DNA of 64,000 nucleotides from Candidatus Brockarchaeota archaeon (GTDB lineage: Archaea; Thermoproteota; EX4484-205; JAAOZP01): the NCBI GenBank assembly GCA_017601345.1, contig JAFNIT010000002.1:11826-75825 (forward strand). Reading direction: 5' to 3'. Each line of letters opens with the position of its first letter. Position 1 is the first letter of the stretch. The position numbers were made by a program, and so were the translations under genes. This document shows, piece after piece, positions 19,850-29,610 of the stretch. The notes beneath the pieces are model-generated. The model did no database searches. It saw nothing but the letters and a program-made list of their open reading frames with translations, and was not told where the DNA came from.

Positions 19850-20524
19850 TTAGTCTCCTCTTATAATCATAGCAACCAACTCGTCTACACTCTTTTCCAT
19901 TATGTCAGACCTCTTAAATATTACTATGAATGGATTCCTATAATTACCCACGAACTCTGGGTAAACATCACTTAAGAGTAAGTGTACAGGGTCGTAAGCA
20001 AGTGAAGCCGCAATTCCGGCGTAAGCATTCAGGTTTTCTCCAATATGATCCTTAAGATCAGCTATTGCCCTTTCTATTTGTTCCCTAAACTGGCCCACAT
20101 TATCTGCTAGCGTTGTACTCCCAACCTCCACAATTGCGATTTTAGTTTCTTTAGGAATAGTTTTCCCTTCTATAACTATCTCCTTATTTGTAATCACATA
20201 GATATCAGGAAATCCAGGTCTCCCATATCCTTCTCCACTAGGCTCCAATCTCAAACTATCTGGGGAGATTTTATATGCTTCAGCAAACTTAGCAAGAATA
20301 CTGTCCTTATACTTCTCTCTAAGCGTAATTTCGCCAATCACCCCTATTTGCCATTTATGTGCTTCTGGGTCCTCTATTATATTGCAGAGCATCATCTTTA
20401 CCTTTATCTTCGAAGACTCTTCTAAAGAAACTATGTGTACTGTTTTTAATGTTTTGGCTTCCTGGGGTACATGGACTGCTAGCCTTTTGTTTCCACAATA
20501 CTTACCAGGACCCCGGTTCTCCAA
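19850..20524 (-). CDS. PD-(D/E)xK nuclease-like protein, candidate toxin domain; true start uncertain
   Basis: GVIGE helix, GFPDIYV, IVEVGS and Q..RAI..L pattern typical of the restriction-endonuclease fold; N-terminus overlaps the KaiC-like remnant. Confidence 0.5.
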   Translation of the reverse strand: MENRGPGKYCGNKRLAVHVPQEAKTLKTVHIVSLEESSKIKVKMMLCNIIEDPEAHKWQIGVIGEITLREKYKDSILAKFAEAYKISPDSLRLEPSGEGYGRPGFPDIYVITNKEIVIEGKTIPKETKIAIVEVGSTTLADNVGQFREQIERAIADLKDHIGENLNAYAGIAASLAYDPVHLLLSDVYPEFVGNYRNPFIVIFKRSDIMEKSVDELVAMIIRGD

Positions 20525-20662
20525 GGTTTAAACCTTAGAACATGTTGGCTTAAGATTATCTTACCCGTCCTAAGACATTGGAGACGGGGACGATGTTTCT
20601 CTTAGACATTCCGCCGCTAAGCATTTCATCCAGTCCCGGAATACTGGTCTTACCCTTCTCAT
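20500..20662 (-). pseudogene. N-terminal remnant of a KaiC/RecA-superfamily ATPase
   Basis: GGAGGT SD then ATG at 20662; with frameshifts reads MRRV/KTSIPGLDEMLSGGMSKRNIVPVS/TGKIILSQ/LGEPG, matching the RVKTGIPGLDExLxGG..GxGKT start of archaeal KaiC-like proteins. Confidence 0.65.
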
Positions 20663-20751
20663 TTCTCAATTACCTCCAATAACTACGCCATTCGAAATAG
20701 ATTGAATAAAAGTGTTATTATTCGGTTTTAAGCTAAAAACTTTATATATTT

Positions 20752-21399
20752 TCAAAGGTCTCCGAGCTTTATTCTATCGAGAACCTGTTTTAGGTTGCTG
20801 ACTTCATGTTTTCGCCTTGGAAGTTTGAAACGTTTTATAATGAGGCTCTTTATTCCTACAAATCTGGGTATTAAGAAATCATATATGAAGTTATCACCCA
20901 CGTGTAGGATTTCTCGAGGTTTAAAGCCAGCGTCAGAACAGACTTTGACGTAGAATTCAGCAGTCTTACGGGGCAACGAGTATGTTGAAACCGATGAGAA
21001 TACTTTTAAAAAATATTTTTTGAAATCGTCTAACACTGTTTCCAAGAGTAGCATGGGAAGATTTGACGAGACTATTAAACTATGGTTAGAAGATAATTCA
21101 GCAATCACCGGCTTGACATCGGGAAATATAGTTATCAACGGTTTCAATTCTCTAAGAAGCTCTTCAATACTTTCTTCAATACCAAGTTTCTTCATCCAGT
21201 ATTCTGGCAGATACCACCTTACGTCATCCGGGCTTATTGTTCCATACATCTGTTTAACATTGGAGAATGCTTTTTCAAAAGGTACTCTGTGTTTCCTAGC
21301 GTATGCTGAAGGTATAAGCACATCCCAGAAGTATTTAACAGACCTCCCGTCTACAAGCGTTCCAGTAACGTCTAGAGAAACCGCCTCTGCATTATGCAA
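20752..21399 (-). CDS. HAD-superfamily hydrolase
   Basis: LDVTGTL motif I, SSN motif II, K, HVGDN..YD motif IV. Confidence 0.85.
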   Translation of the reverse strand: MHNAEAVSLDVTGTLVDGRSVKYFWDVLIPSAYARKHRVPFEKAFSNVKQMYGTISPDDVRWYLPEYWMKKLGIEESIEELLRELKPLITIFPDVKPVIAELSSNHSLIVSSNLPMLLLETVLDDFKKYFLKVFSSVSTYSLPRKTAEFYVKVCSDAGFKPREILHVGDNFIYDFLIPRFVGIKSLIIKRFKLPRRKHEVSNLKQVLDRIKLGDL

Positions 21400-21471
21400 A
21401 GCCTCAACCCCATTTGTTTAAACTATTTTTAAGTTTTTATTTTAAAGACTGTTAGAAAAGCTAAAAAGACT

Positions 21472-22131
21472 GTGGGGAAGAAGTATTCCTTCCCAATGGA
21501 TGAAAGACTGGTTTGGACAGTGATTGTTGCAATCCTGCTAATTGTTCCCCTAGAGAAAGCTGTTTGTCAAAGGGAATATGCTCAAGCCGAGTACAATACT
21601 TTTCCACGCGGAATACTCGGAGATGTTCTGGATACGACGAGGCTGCATGGTCTTGTCGAGAACCTGTATACATTCAGAAACAGGGTTACTCACAGGGGTG
21701 GGCTTGATTACGAGTTTTTACAATGGCTTCTCCCCCGCTACAGAGAATTCTCTAGAGCAGTATTGGGATCCCCCTTATGGCCCCTTAAGCTGGTTCTCCT
21801 TCCAGCAGCCATCATAATATCTTCCTGTCTCCCACTTTATCCCCAGACAGGTCTGCTTGGAGTAGTGTTCGTCTCAGGCTTTCTAACAGGAATGGTGTAC
21901 GCGTTACCGCTCTTCCTGATTATTGAAGTCTTTTCTAAAGTAGGGCTGACGGCTATGCATGGCAAGACCATGCTTAAAATTCTTCTAGTACTCTTCATCA
22001 TCTCAGCACTCATCCTGCTTATTGCACACGGGTACCCTAATGCTCCACTACTGTTCTCAGCCTACGCAATCCTCACAGCCACACTCTGGTTCACGTGGTT
22101 CCTACCCATACTTTTATACTATTGGAGATAA
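21472..22131 (+). CDS. Membrane protein, possibly a degenerate CFI-box-CTERM-like domain
   Basis: Signal-like N-terminus, L..FRNRV....F......Y..FS..V...P..PLK..LLP pattern, then 3-4 TM helices; the CFIAT motif itself is absent. Confidence 0.45.
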   Translation: MGKKYSFPMDERLVWTVIVAILLIVPLEKAVCQREYAQAEYNTFPRGILGDVLDTTRLHGLVENLYTFRNRVTHRGGLDYEFLQWLLPRYREFSRAVLGSPLWPLKLVLLPAAIIISSCLPLYPQTGLLGVVFVSGFLTGMVYALPLFLIIEVFSKVGLTAMHGKTMLKILLVLFIISALILLIAHGYPNAPLLFSAYAILTATLWFTWFLPILLYYWR

Positions 22132-22177
22132 CTAGCAGTAATTAGAGTAAAGTTTAAACACTTGTTTCAGACGGAGG

Positions 22178-23512
22178 ATGCAAGAATTGAAGCCTGAGAG
22201 AATATTGTTCATAGTGCTCGACGGCCTGGGGGACCATGCTTGCAAAGAATTAGACGGACTCACGCCGCTTGAGAAAGCCTATTCAAACAATGTTAAGAAG
22301 CTAAAGGAAAACGGTTCCCAAGGGCTTATGGATATTATATCTCCCGGAATACCTCCGAGTAGTGACGTCTCCCATCTGATCATGTTCGGATACGATGTTG
22401 AAAACGAGTATTTTGGAAGAGGACCCATAGAAGCACTTGGAGAAGGCGTTGAACTTAAAGAGGGGGAAATAGCTTTTAGAGGCAATCTTGCGACAGTAAG
22501 GTTTGAAAACAACTATCCCATTGTGGTTGATAGGAGAGCAGGGAGGATAACCAGCGAGCAAACCAAGGAATTAGTAGAGTATTTAAATAGCGAGATAGAG
22601 TGTCCAGAAGGATGTAAGGTTGTTTTCAAGCCCTTGTCAGAGCACAGGTTCGTTATGATAGTCTCCGGAGAAGGCTTGTCGCATGAGGTTACTGATAATG
22701 ATCCGCATGCTGAGGGAAAACCCATACTCCTATGTCAGCCGATTGACGAGGCTAAGGATAGGAAGGGTGCGGAAAGGCTTGCGAAAATAGTTAATGAAAT
22801 AACTATACAGGCTATTGATAAGCTTAGCAAACACGAGTTGAATAAGAAGAGGGCTGAGAGCAAGCTTCCACAAGCCAATTCGATTTTAGTCAGAAGTGCC
22901 GGGACGATGAGGAAGATGAAGAGTTTTCAAGAGAAGTGGGATTTGAAAGCGGCTTGCGTTGCTGCGGGACTGCTTTACAGAGGCGTTGCTAAGGCCGTAG
23001 GCATGGATGTTTACGATGTTGAAGGCGCTAATGGACTGTTGAACACTAATATCCAAGGAAAAACTTCCAAAGCCTTAGAGCTTTTAAAATCGTACGATTT
23101 CGTATACCTTCATTTCAAAGGTACGGATGTTGCCAGCCATAGTAAGAATCCGATTGCAAAGTGCGAGTTTATCAGACGCTTTTATGAAAGCCTAAATCTT
23201 ATCGACGATGCCGTTTTAAACACTGTTACGATAGTGATTACTGGAGACCATACTACACCCTGTGACAGAGGGATGCATACTGGTGAACCCGTTCCAATAC
23301 TAATTGCTTCAAAAGGCTTAAGAAACGATGCTACCAAGTTTTTCTCAGAGAGGGAAGCTGTTTCAGGCGGGCTTGGCAGAATTAGGGGGAAAGACATTAT
23401 GCCAATCCTACTCGACTCGATAGAAAGAACTGTGGAATATGGTACAAGACCCTCGCCTAAGAAAATAAATTACATGCCCAAGAGTCTGGAGTATCTCAAG
23501 CTGAGCATTTAA
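22178..23512 (+). CDS. apgM: 2,3-bisphosphoglycerate-independent phosphoglycerate mutase (archaeal)
   Basis: DGLGD, SDVSHL, GRGPIEALG, FRGN..DRRAGRI, GDHTTP..H..EPVP. Confidence 0.9.
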   Translation: MQELKPERILFIVLDGLGDHACKELDGLTPLEKAYSNNVKKLKENGSQGLMDIISPGIPPSSDVSHLIMFGYDVENEYFGRGPIEALGEGVELKEGEIAFRGNLATVRFENNYPIVVDRRAGRITSEQTKELVEYLNSEIECPEGCKVVFKPLSEHRFVMIVSGEGLSHEVTDNDPHAEGKPILLCQPIDEAKDRKGAERLAKIVNEITIQAIDKLSKHELNKKRAESKLPQANSILVRSAGTMRKMKSFQEKWDLKAACVAAGLLYRGVAKAVGMDVYDVEGANGLLNTNIQGKTSKALELLKSYDFVYLHFKGTDVASHSKNPIAKCEFIRRFYESLNLIDDAVLNTVTIVITGDHTTPCDRGMHTGEPVPILIASKGLRNDATKFFSEREAVSGGLGRIRGKDIMPILLDSIERTVEYGTRPSPKKINYMPKSLEYLKLSI

Positions 23513-23641
23513 AAACGGCTTAATAGAGGTTGTCATTTTCTTTCATTAAAACATAAAGCTTTTGAATCTTAATATTAATTTTAATAAGGGAATAAGGATT
23601 ATAGAATATTAGAATAGCTTTGAGATCTCAGGTGTGGAAAT

Positions 23642-25555
23642 ATGGTGAAATATGTGAAAAGACATAGCGAAAACCCCATCCTAGTACCTATTAGAGAACA
23701 TGCTTGGGAGGCTTTTGCAGTTTTCAATCCATGCGTAATAAAGAAAAATGGACTGTATTACATGCTTTATAGGGCAGTCTCTTCATCAGACCTGTTGAGG
23801 AAACAGGGATCCAGCTTCAGCTCCATAGGTATAGCTAAAAGCAAAGACGGCATACACTTTACTGAGAGGAGAAGGTTCATAACACCGGAAGAAAAGTGGG
23901 AAAGCTTTGGATGCGAAGACCCACGGGTGACTTACATAAATGGGAAATACTATGTTTTTTACACGGCAATTTCTGCAATACCCCCTAATGCCGACAGTAT
24001 AAAAGTAGGGCTTGCAATAAGCAGGGATTTAGAAAAGATAGATGAGAAACACCTTGTGACACCGTTTAACGCTAAGGCTGCAGCACTTTTCCCTGAGAGG
24101 ATTAAGGGTAAGCTAACCATGGTATTGACGGTAAATACTGATAGGCCTCCTGCTCACATAGGGATTGCTCAACTCGGAGACGACCATTCCACGTGGTATG
24201 GCGAGTTTGAGAGATGGTATAGGGAGTTAAAGGAGCATGTTTTAACCCCAGATCCGAGGAGGTCGCCCATGGACCATATTGAGGTAGGTGCACCGCCAAT
24301 TAAGATTGAAAATGGATGGTTATTAATCTATTCGTATATTCAGAATTATTTTTCACCTAATCCTGAAGAAAGAGTTTTCGGAGTAGAAGCACTACTGCTA
24401 GATCCAGACGACCCTAGGAAGGTAATATCTAGGACAGAATACCCATTTCTCGTAGCAGAGGAGTACTATGAGTATTGGGGTCACGTACCTAAGGTTGTGT
24501 TTCCAACATCCACCATACGGGAGAAGGATGAAATAAGGATTTACTATGGTGCTGCAGACACGGTATGTTGCTTAGCAACTATTGGAGTTAAGGAAATTGT
24601 TGAGATAATCAGCTCGAGAACCGAACATGTATTTGAAAGATATTCTCACAATCCTATAATAAAACCTATTGAAAAACATGATTGGGAAGCGTTTGCTACT
24701 TTCAACCCAGCAGCGATAGAGCTAGACGGAAGAATATACATTCTTTACAGGGCGCTTTCAAGAGATAAAACTTCTTCAATAGGACTAGCAATCAGTGACG
24801 ATGGCCTTAGGATAGTTGAAAGGCTAAGTGAACCAGTATACTCACCGAGGGAAGGCTTTGAAATGAAGCTAATACCCGGCCATTCTGGTTGCGAAGACCC
24901 TCGCGTAGTCAGGATTGGAGACAGAATATATATGTTCTATACTGCTTACGATAATGTTAATCCACCCAAAGTCGCTTTAACATCCATAAGCGTCAAGGAC
25001 TTCCTTAATAGGAATTGGAACTGGACTAAGCCGAGAATAATCTCGCCCCCAGACATAGACGATAAGAATTCTTGCGTAATTCCTGAGCCTATTAACGGCA
25101 AGTACATGTTCATACATAGAGCAGGAGGGATAAACATTGTTTACGATTATATCGATTCTCTAGACAATATTGATCCAAGCAAATTAATGTCTTTTAAGCT
25201 TCTTAGACCAAGAACTGGAATGTGGGACGGTAAGAAAGTTGGTTTAGCAGCTCCACCCATAAAAACGTCTAAGGGCTGGCTTGTTTTCTATCACGGTGTT
25301 TCACATGATAATGTTTACAGAGTTGGAGCATTCTTGTTGGATTTGAAAAGCCCTGAAAACATTAAAGCCAGGACTTCATGGGCAATCTTAGAACCATCTA
25401 CCGTGTATGAGAAGGAAGGGCACACTAGGAATGTTGTCTTCCCCTGCGGTGCAGTGGTTAGAGGTGATACTATATACCTGTATTATGGTGCTGCAGACTA
25501 TTCCGTATGTGTTGCAACAGCATCGTTAAACAGAATACTGTCAATATTAACATGA
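23642..25555 (+). CDS. GH130-like glycosidase/phosphorylase with two tandem domains
   Basis: Two copies of the NPI..P..WE..A.FNP / GCEDPRV / VVFP..IYYGAAD five-bladed propeller motif set. Confidence 0.85.
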   Translation: MVKYVKRHSENPILVPIREHAWEAFAVFNPCVIKKNGLYYMLYRAVSSSDLLRKQGSSFSSIGIAKSKDGIHFTERRRFITPEEKWESFGCEDPRVTYINGKYYVFYTAISAIPPNADSIKVGLAISRDLEKIDEKHLVTPFNAKAAALFPERIKGKLTMVLTVNTDRPPAHIGIAQLGDDHSTWYGEFERWYRELKEHVLTPDPRRSPMDHIEVGAPPIKIENGWLLIYSYIQNYFSPNPEERVFGVEALLLDPDDPRKVISRTEYPFLVAEEYYEYWGHVPKVVFPTSTIREKDEIRIYYGAADTVCCLATIGVKEIVEIISSRTEHVFERYSHNPIIKPIEKHDWEAFATFNPAAIELDGRIYILYRALSRDKTSSIGLAISDDGLRIVERLSEPVYSPREGFEMKLIPGHSGCEDPRVVRIGDRIYMFYTAYDNVNPPKVALTSISVKDFLNRNWNWTKPRIISPPDIDDKNSCVIPEPINGKYMFIHRAGGINIVYDYIDSLDNIDPSKLMSFKLLRPRTGMWDGKKVGLAAPPIKTSKGWLVFYHGVSHDNVYRVGAFLLDLKSPENIKARTSWAILEPSTVYEKEGHTRNVVFPCGAVVRGDTIYLYYGAADYSVCVATASLNRILSILT

Positions 25556-25585
25556 GATTCGAAAACTATTTATAAATTCCAATAT

Positions 25586-26680
25586 TTAAAAAACTTTATC
25601 TAAGAACTCGTCTAAATAAGCTGTCGCAACGCAGACAAACATGTCGTTAGCACCATAATAAACGTATAGAGTATCCTTATGCAAAACTGCTCCACAGGGA
25701 TAAGCAATCCTACCCTCATAGGGAGATTCTGGTTCGAGAATAGGATCCTCAGACCTACAGATAACTTCAGTAGGGTCATTGTGTTTAAGAAGCATTGCAC
25801 CAATTCTATACCTGTAATATGGATCATCCCTATCAACCCCGTAATATATTCCTAACCAGCCTTCCCTTGTCTTTATAGGCGGCGCGCCCATGCCTATTTT
25901 CAAACTATCCCATTTACCCTCTCTCGGCGGGATTTCATACTGAGGCTGGAGAAATCTTGTCTCACCGTCCAGTTCTCTCAAATCCTTAACGAAGTCGATG
26001 AATATTGATGGGAATATTCTGAAGAACATGACGTAATTCCCATTAATTTTCTCGGGAAGTATACATGCGCTTTTAACAGTTATGCCCGGGGGAGATATTA
26101 TTCTTGACTCCTCCCATTCCCATTTTCTTGCGAAATTGTGTACGGGTATTGATGTTAACGCTATCCTCGGATTACTTTTACCATCGAAAAATACATAACA
26201 CATGTATACTTTAGAATCATCTTTAATCTCCGTTACACGAGGGTCTTCACAACCGAAGCTATAGCTCCAGTAGCTTGAAACAAAGCTTGTTTCAATATTA
26301 GGATTGTTAGATTTAGATAATGATTCTATAGGAATTTCGAAGACGGGCCTGGGATATCTTTCAAAATTAATACCGTCTTCGCTGACTGCATATCCGATTC
26401 TCGAGACAGAGTCTATTCCTATGGCTCTATAAAGCAGGTGAATTTTACCTCCCATATTTATCGCTGCAGGATTAAAAGTTGCTACAGACTCCCATTCATT
26501 CTCTTTAGATGGATATATGACTGGAAGTGCTGTTTTAGAAAGTTTCGGAACCTCTTTAACCCTTTCATGCCTTTCAAAACCCCTTGTCTTCTTGCCTAGT
26601 GTTTTAATCCAAGGCATTCTTAGGCTAAACCATTTTCTTAAACAAAGTATTTTTTGAACAACAGGGTTTTCCTTAATCAT
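25586..26680 (-). CDS. GH130-like glycosidase/phosphorylase (single domain)
   Basis: WESVATFNP, GCEDPRV, KIGMGAPP, YPCGAV..YYGA. Confidence 0.85.
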   Translation of the reverse strand: MIKENPVVQKILCLRKWFSLRMPWIKTLGKKTRGFERHERVKEVPKLSKTALPVIYPSKENEWESVATFNPAAINMGGKIHLLYRAIGIDSVSRIGYAVSEDGINFERYPRPVFEIPIESLSKSNNPNIETSFVSSYWSYSFGCEDPRVTEIKDDSKVYMCYVFFDGKSNPRIALTSIPVHNFARKWEWEESRIISPPGITVKSACILPEKINGNYVMFFRIFPSIFIDFVKDLRELDGETRFLQPQYEIPPREGKWDSLKIGMGAPPIKTREGWLGIYYGVDRDDPYYRYRIGAMLLKHNDPTEVICRSEDPILEPESPYEGRIAYPCGAVLHKDTLYVYYGANDMFVCVATAYLDEFLDKVF

Positions 26681-26861
26681 AACCCCATCCCCCCTCCCTA
26701 ACCATTAATATATAGATATTTCTTGCTAAATATAAGTTTTAAACTTTATGGAGAAATTTGGATTAAGAAATTTCGTGACGAAATGAGACGCGTATTATGA
26801 TGAAAACATTTTTATATTAAATACCCATACTTTTTGTCGCTTTAAGACAATATCATGATTT

Positions 26862-28211
26862 CTAACTCATGAACTTGATTATACCGTTATCATTTATAAA
26901 GCCCTCGATCTCTCCGTAGACCCCGTCGTAACCCGGTCTAATTCTAACCCTATCCTCCCTAACCATCCTTATTGCATAAGCCAATTTTTTATCATATTTC
27001 CCAAGGTCCTCAAGCGGTGTTTCAAGGAGTACACTATACTCGTTTCCGAACCTTCTTATCATATCATAATATATGTTCCAAGCTTTTTTAGAACTAGGCC
27101 TTATAGAATATACGTATCCTATTATTTCTGAAAGCGGTATGAGGTGGACATAATCCGAAGCATCCCTAGGCCTTACCCCCCTTGGGCGATCAGCAAGCTC
27201 CTCGATATGAGTTTCAACCCCTGGAGTGAGCCTCTTACCACAAATCGGACAGATTCCCTTTAACTCGAAATAATTATCCGGTTCAGCATAAAAAGAACAT
27301 CCCCTGTGACCAGGGTAGTGATACTTTCCATATTCTGGGTGGGTTTCAATAGTTAGGATTATCCTAGACTTGCCTTTTTTACGGACCGCATTCAATATGC
27401 TCTTATAGCTTAGTTCTTCGAGAAGCATGAGGTTAGCCTCTCTGCCAAGTCTCCAAGGGTAATGAGAGTGCGAATCACTATTGGAAACCAGAGTGTAACG
27501 GTCATTGCTTGAAACCCTCCAGTTCATTAACGGGTCTGAGGATAAGCCTGTTTCCAATGCATGTATCTCCTTATACTTGTCCTTGTAACACTCCTTCACA
27601 CTATTATAGCCGTGGATGCCGAAAATGCTGAAATGTGGAGTCCATACGTGGGCTGGGAAAATCTCTATCTCGTCTGAAACACTCTTTAAGATTTCAACAA
27701 GCTCTGGAGAAGAACATTCGAGCAAGGGCCTTCCGTCAGCACGGATATCACCAATATGCTTTAAAGCATCACAGACCTGTTCCACAGTTTCAAAATCCGG
27801 GAAGAGCAGCACGTGATGTATTCTCTTAATAGCATTTCCATCCCGATAAATAGTGCTAACTTCGCCTTGAATCAGAAACAACACTGCTTTTTCAGGTTCT
27901 TTCTCACTCTTAAGCATGTAGAGTCCGGAAAATGCTTCTACAAGTTTCTCCTTCAACTCCTTAAGCCACCGGGGATGAGTACAGTCGCCAGTGCCAACTA
28001 TTTTCAAGCCTTTCAGCCTAGCGCAGAAGGCAATGTTCTCAAGAGTCATGTCGGCACTTGTCGCTCTACTGTACTTGGAGTGGATATGCATGTCAACGTA
28101 GCAGGGAAGCCTGTCCCTGAGGTTTTTGAGAAGCTGTTCAATCCTTGTCGAAGCTAAAAGAAGCTCTGAAGATTTAACAGAAGGATTATCCATTCTCGGA
28201 TGCGAAAGCAA
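26862..28211 (-). CDS. Endonuclease Q family (PHP domain plus Zn finger)
   Basis: DMHIHSKYSRATS, GTGD.THP, AHVWTPHFS, ETGLSSDP..N, SNSDSHS..LGRE, YGKYH..GHR.C..CPICG. Confidence 0.9.
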   Translation of the reverse strand: MLSHPRMDNPSVKSSELLLASTRIEQLLKNLRDRLPCYVDMHIHSKYSRATSADMTLENIAFCARLKGLKIVGTGDCTHPRWLKELKEKLVEAFSGLYMLKSEKEPEKAVLFLIQGEVSTIYRDGNAIKRIHHVLLFPDFETVEQVCDALKHIGDIRADGRPLLECSSPELVEILKSVSDEIEIFPAHVWTPHFSIFGIHGYNSVKECYKDKYKEIHALETGLSSDPLMNWRVSSNDRYTLVSNSDSHSHYPWRLGREANLMLLEELSYKSILNAVRKKGKSRIILTIETHPEYGKYHYPGHRGCSFYAEPDNYFELKGICPICGKRLTPGVETHIEELADRPRGVRPRDASDYVHLIPLSEIIGYVYSIRPSSKKAWNIYYDMIRRFGNEYSVLLETPLEDLGKYDKKLAYAIRMVREDRVRIRPGYDGVYGEIEGFINDNGIIKFMS

Positions 28212-28367
28212 TAATCTAGATTTCGCTACCGATTTAATAAGGTTTATCAGGACTCTAGGAAAAGCCCTTGAGGATTAGCAAAATCCTCCCAACCCTGTAT
28301 TAGAAAAACGGGGTCGTGTTTCCAAGCCGAAACCCCTATTTCTAAGCTTGAGAAGGAAAGTTGTCAC

Positions 28368-28874
28368 CTAGATTTTAAAAATCCTTTTTAAAAATCTTCC
28401 GCAAATCCAAGACGATGCCCCGAGAACAAGTAGAGCTAATGACAAGTATGTTAGATCTCTCTCAAAACCCCAGAAGGTTAAAACTATCTCCACATCTACT
28501 GTTGATACCCCCCTATTCTTCACAACAACATAGTATTCTCCTCTCATAGGTATTTCGAAATTAATCACCTCGCTTTTTAATCCTTTGAATTCCTTCAGCG
28601 GAATGGCATACCCTGATCCAATGAGCGCATCGTAATTGGGCCTGTCGAAGATCAGAAGGTCTATCTCCCCACCGCTTAAATAAACAGCGATTCTAACGTT
28701 TCTAGGAGGCCAAATCGGAGGCATGAATAATTTGGAGGTAGAATTGCCCGGGGGACCTAAGTGTGAGGTAAAGACTTGGGCAGGGAGACCACGCAGAACT
28801 GTTAAAAGAGAAACTCCTAAGCCAACCATTATCATCACCGTCCCGATATAACAGAGTGCTGATAACCTAGTCAA
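28368..28874 (-). CDS. Membrane protein with N- and C-terminal TM helices flanking a beta domain
   Basis: Hydrophobic termini; stop/start overlap with the permease gene. Confidence 0.75.
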   Translation of the reverse strand: MTRLSALCYIGTVMIMVGLGVSLLTVLRGLPAQVFTSHLGPPGNSTSKLFMPPIWPPRNVRIAVYLSGGEIDLLIFDRPNYDALIGSGYAIPLKEFKGLKSEVINFEIPMRGEYYVVVKNRGVSTVDVEIVLTFWGFERDLTYLSLALLVLGASSWICGRFLKRIFKI

Positions 28875-29610
28875 GCTGCAACACCACTTTCATAAAGAAG
28901 AATGCGAATGAAAGGAGGGCAAGGGGGAAAAGTAGATGCATAAGTATTATCCCCCATGTGTAGACCGTTATCTCACCGAGAAGAACAAGCTTCAACAGGA
29001 TGTACGTGGGATCTATGTTTAGAGGATTTACAGTGCTTATCATTGAAGAAATGCTTAGAAGGAGGATGTTTTCTAAAAAGTAGATTGCTATCGCCACTAT
29101 CACGGCTCCAAACCTGCTTTTAAGAACAATGCTCATAAGAATAGTAATTGAAACAATGAGAAGAAGAGATATCGCATCTACAAGAACCATTGACATTATT
29201 GGGATAAGAGGTATCGATGCAGTTATGATCCATGTGGAAAACAACGTAGAAATAAAATCTATTAACAGTATCACCGAGAAATTGATTATAAGCTTTACAG
29301 CGAAAAGAGTTTCCTTCCTTACTGGAAGGGTCAACTCCCCCATTAAAACATCCTGCTCAATATCCCTGCCGAAGGAGTTTGCGAACGTTAAGATTGCTAT
29401 TAAGCATAGGAATAACTGTTTAAAGCCCCCCATGCTGGATAAGGCTATTCCGAAAGCGGATTCTTGAACATTTATTGGAGCTGCATTTCCCGGGCATCCT
29501 AAAATAAGCAGCATGAGCATTAAGCCCACGTAGGGAGCAGACCAGACCCTTTCAAGCTCAAACCTAATATTCTCAACCAGTGGAATATTTTTGATAAACT
29601 TAACTCTCAT
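28867..29610 (-). CDS. ABC-2 type exporter permease
   Basis: About 6 TM helices; FGRDIEQ..L.GELTLPV.K..LF..K ABC-2 pattern. Confidence 0.8.
   Translation of the reverse strand: MRVKFIKNIPLVENIRFELERVWSAPYVGLMLMLLILGCPGNAAPINVQESAFGIALSSMGGFKQLFLCLIAILTFANSFGRDIEQDVLMGELTLPVRKETLFAVKLIINFSVILLIDFISTLFSTWIITASIPLIPIMSMVLVDAISLLLIVSITILMSIVLKSRFGAVIVAIAIYFLENILLLSISSMISTVNPLNIDPTYILLKLVLLGEITVYTWGIILMHLLFPLALLSFAFFFMKVVLQLD

Noticed and set aside
28270-28288. Inverted repeat GAGGATT-N5-AATCCTC upstream of the EndoQ gene
   Set aside because: A 7-bp palindrome is expected by chance and I found no second copy.
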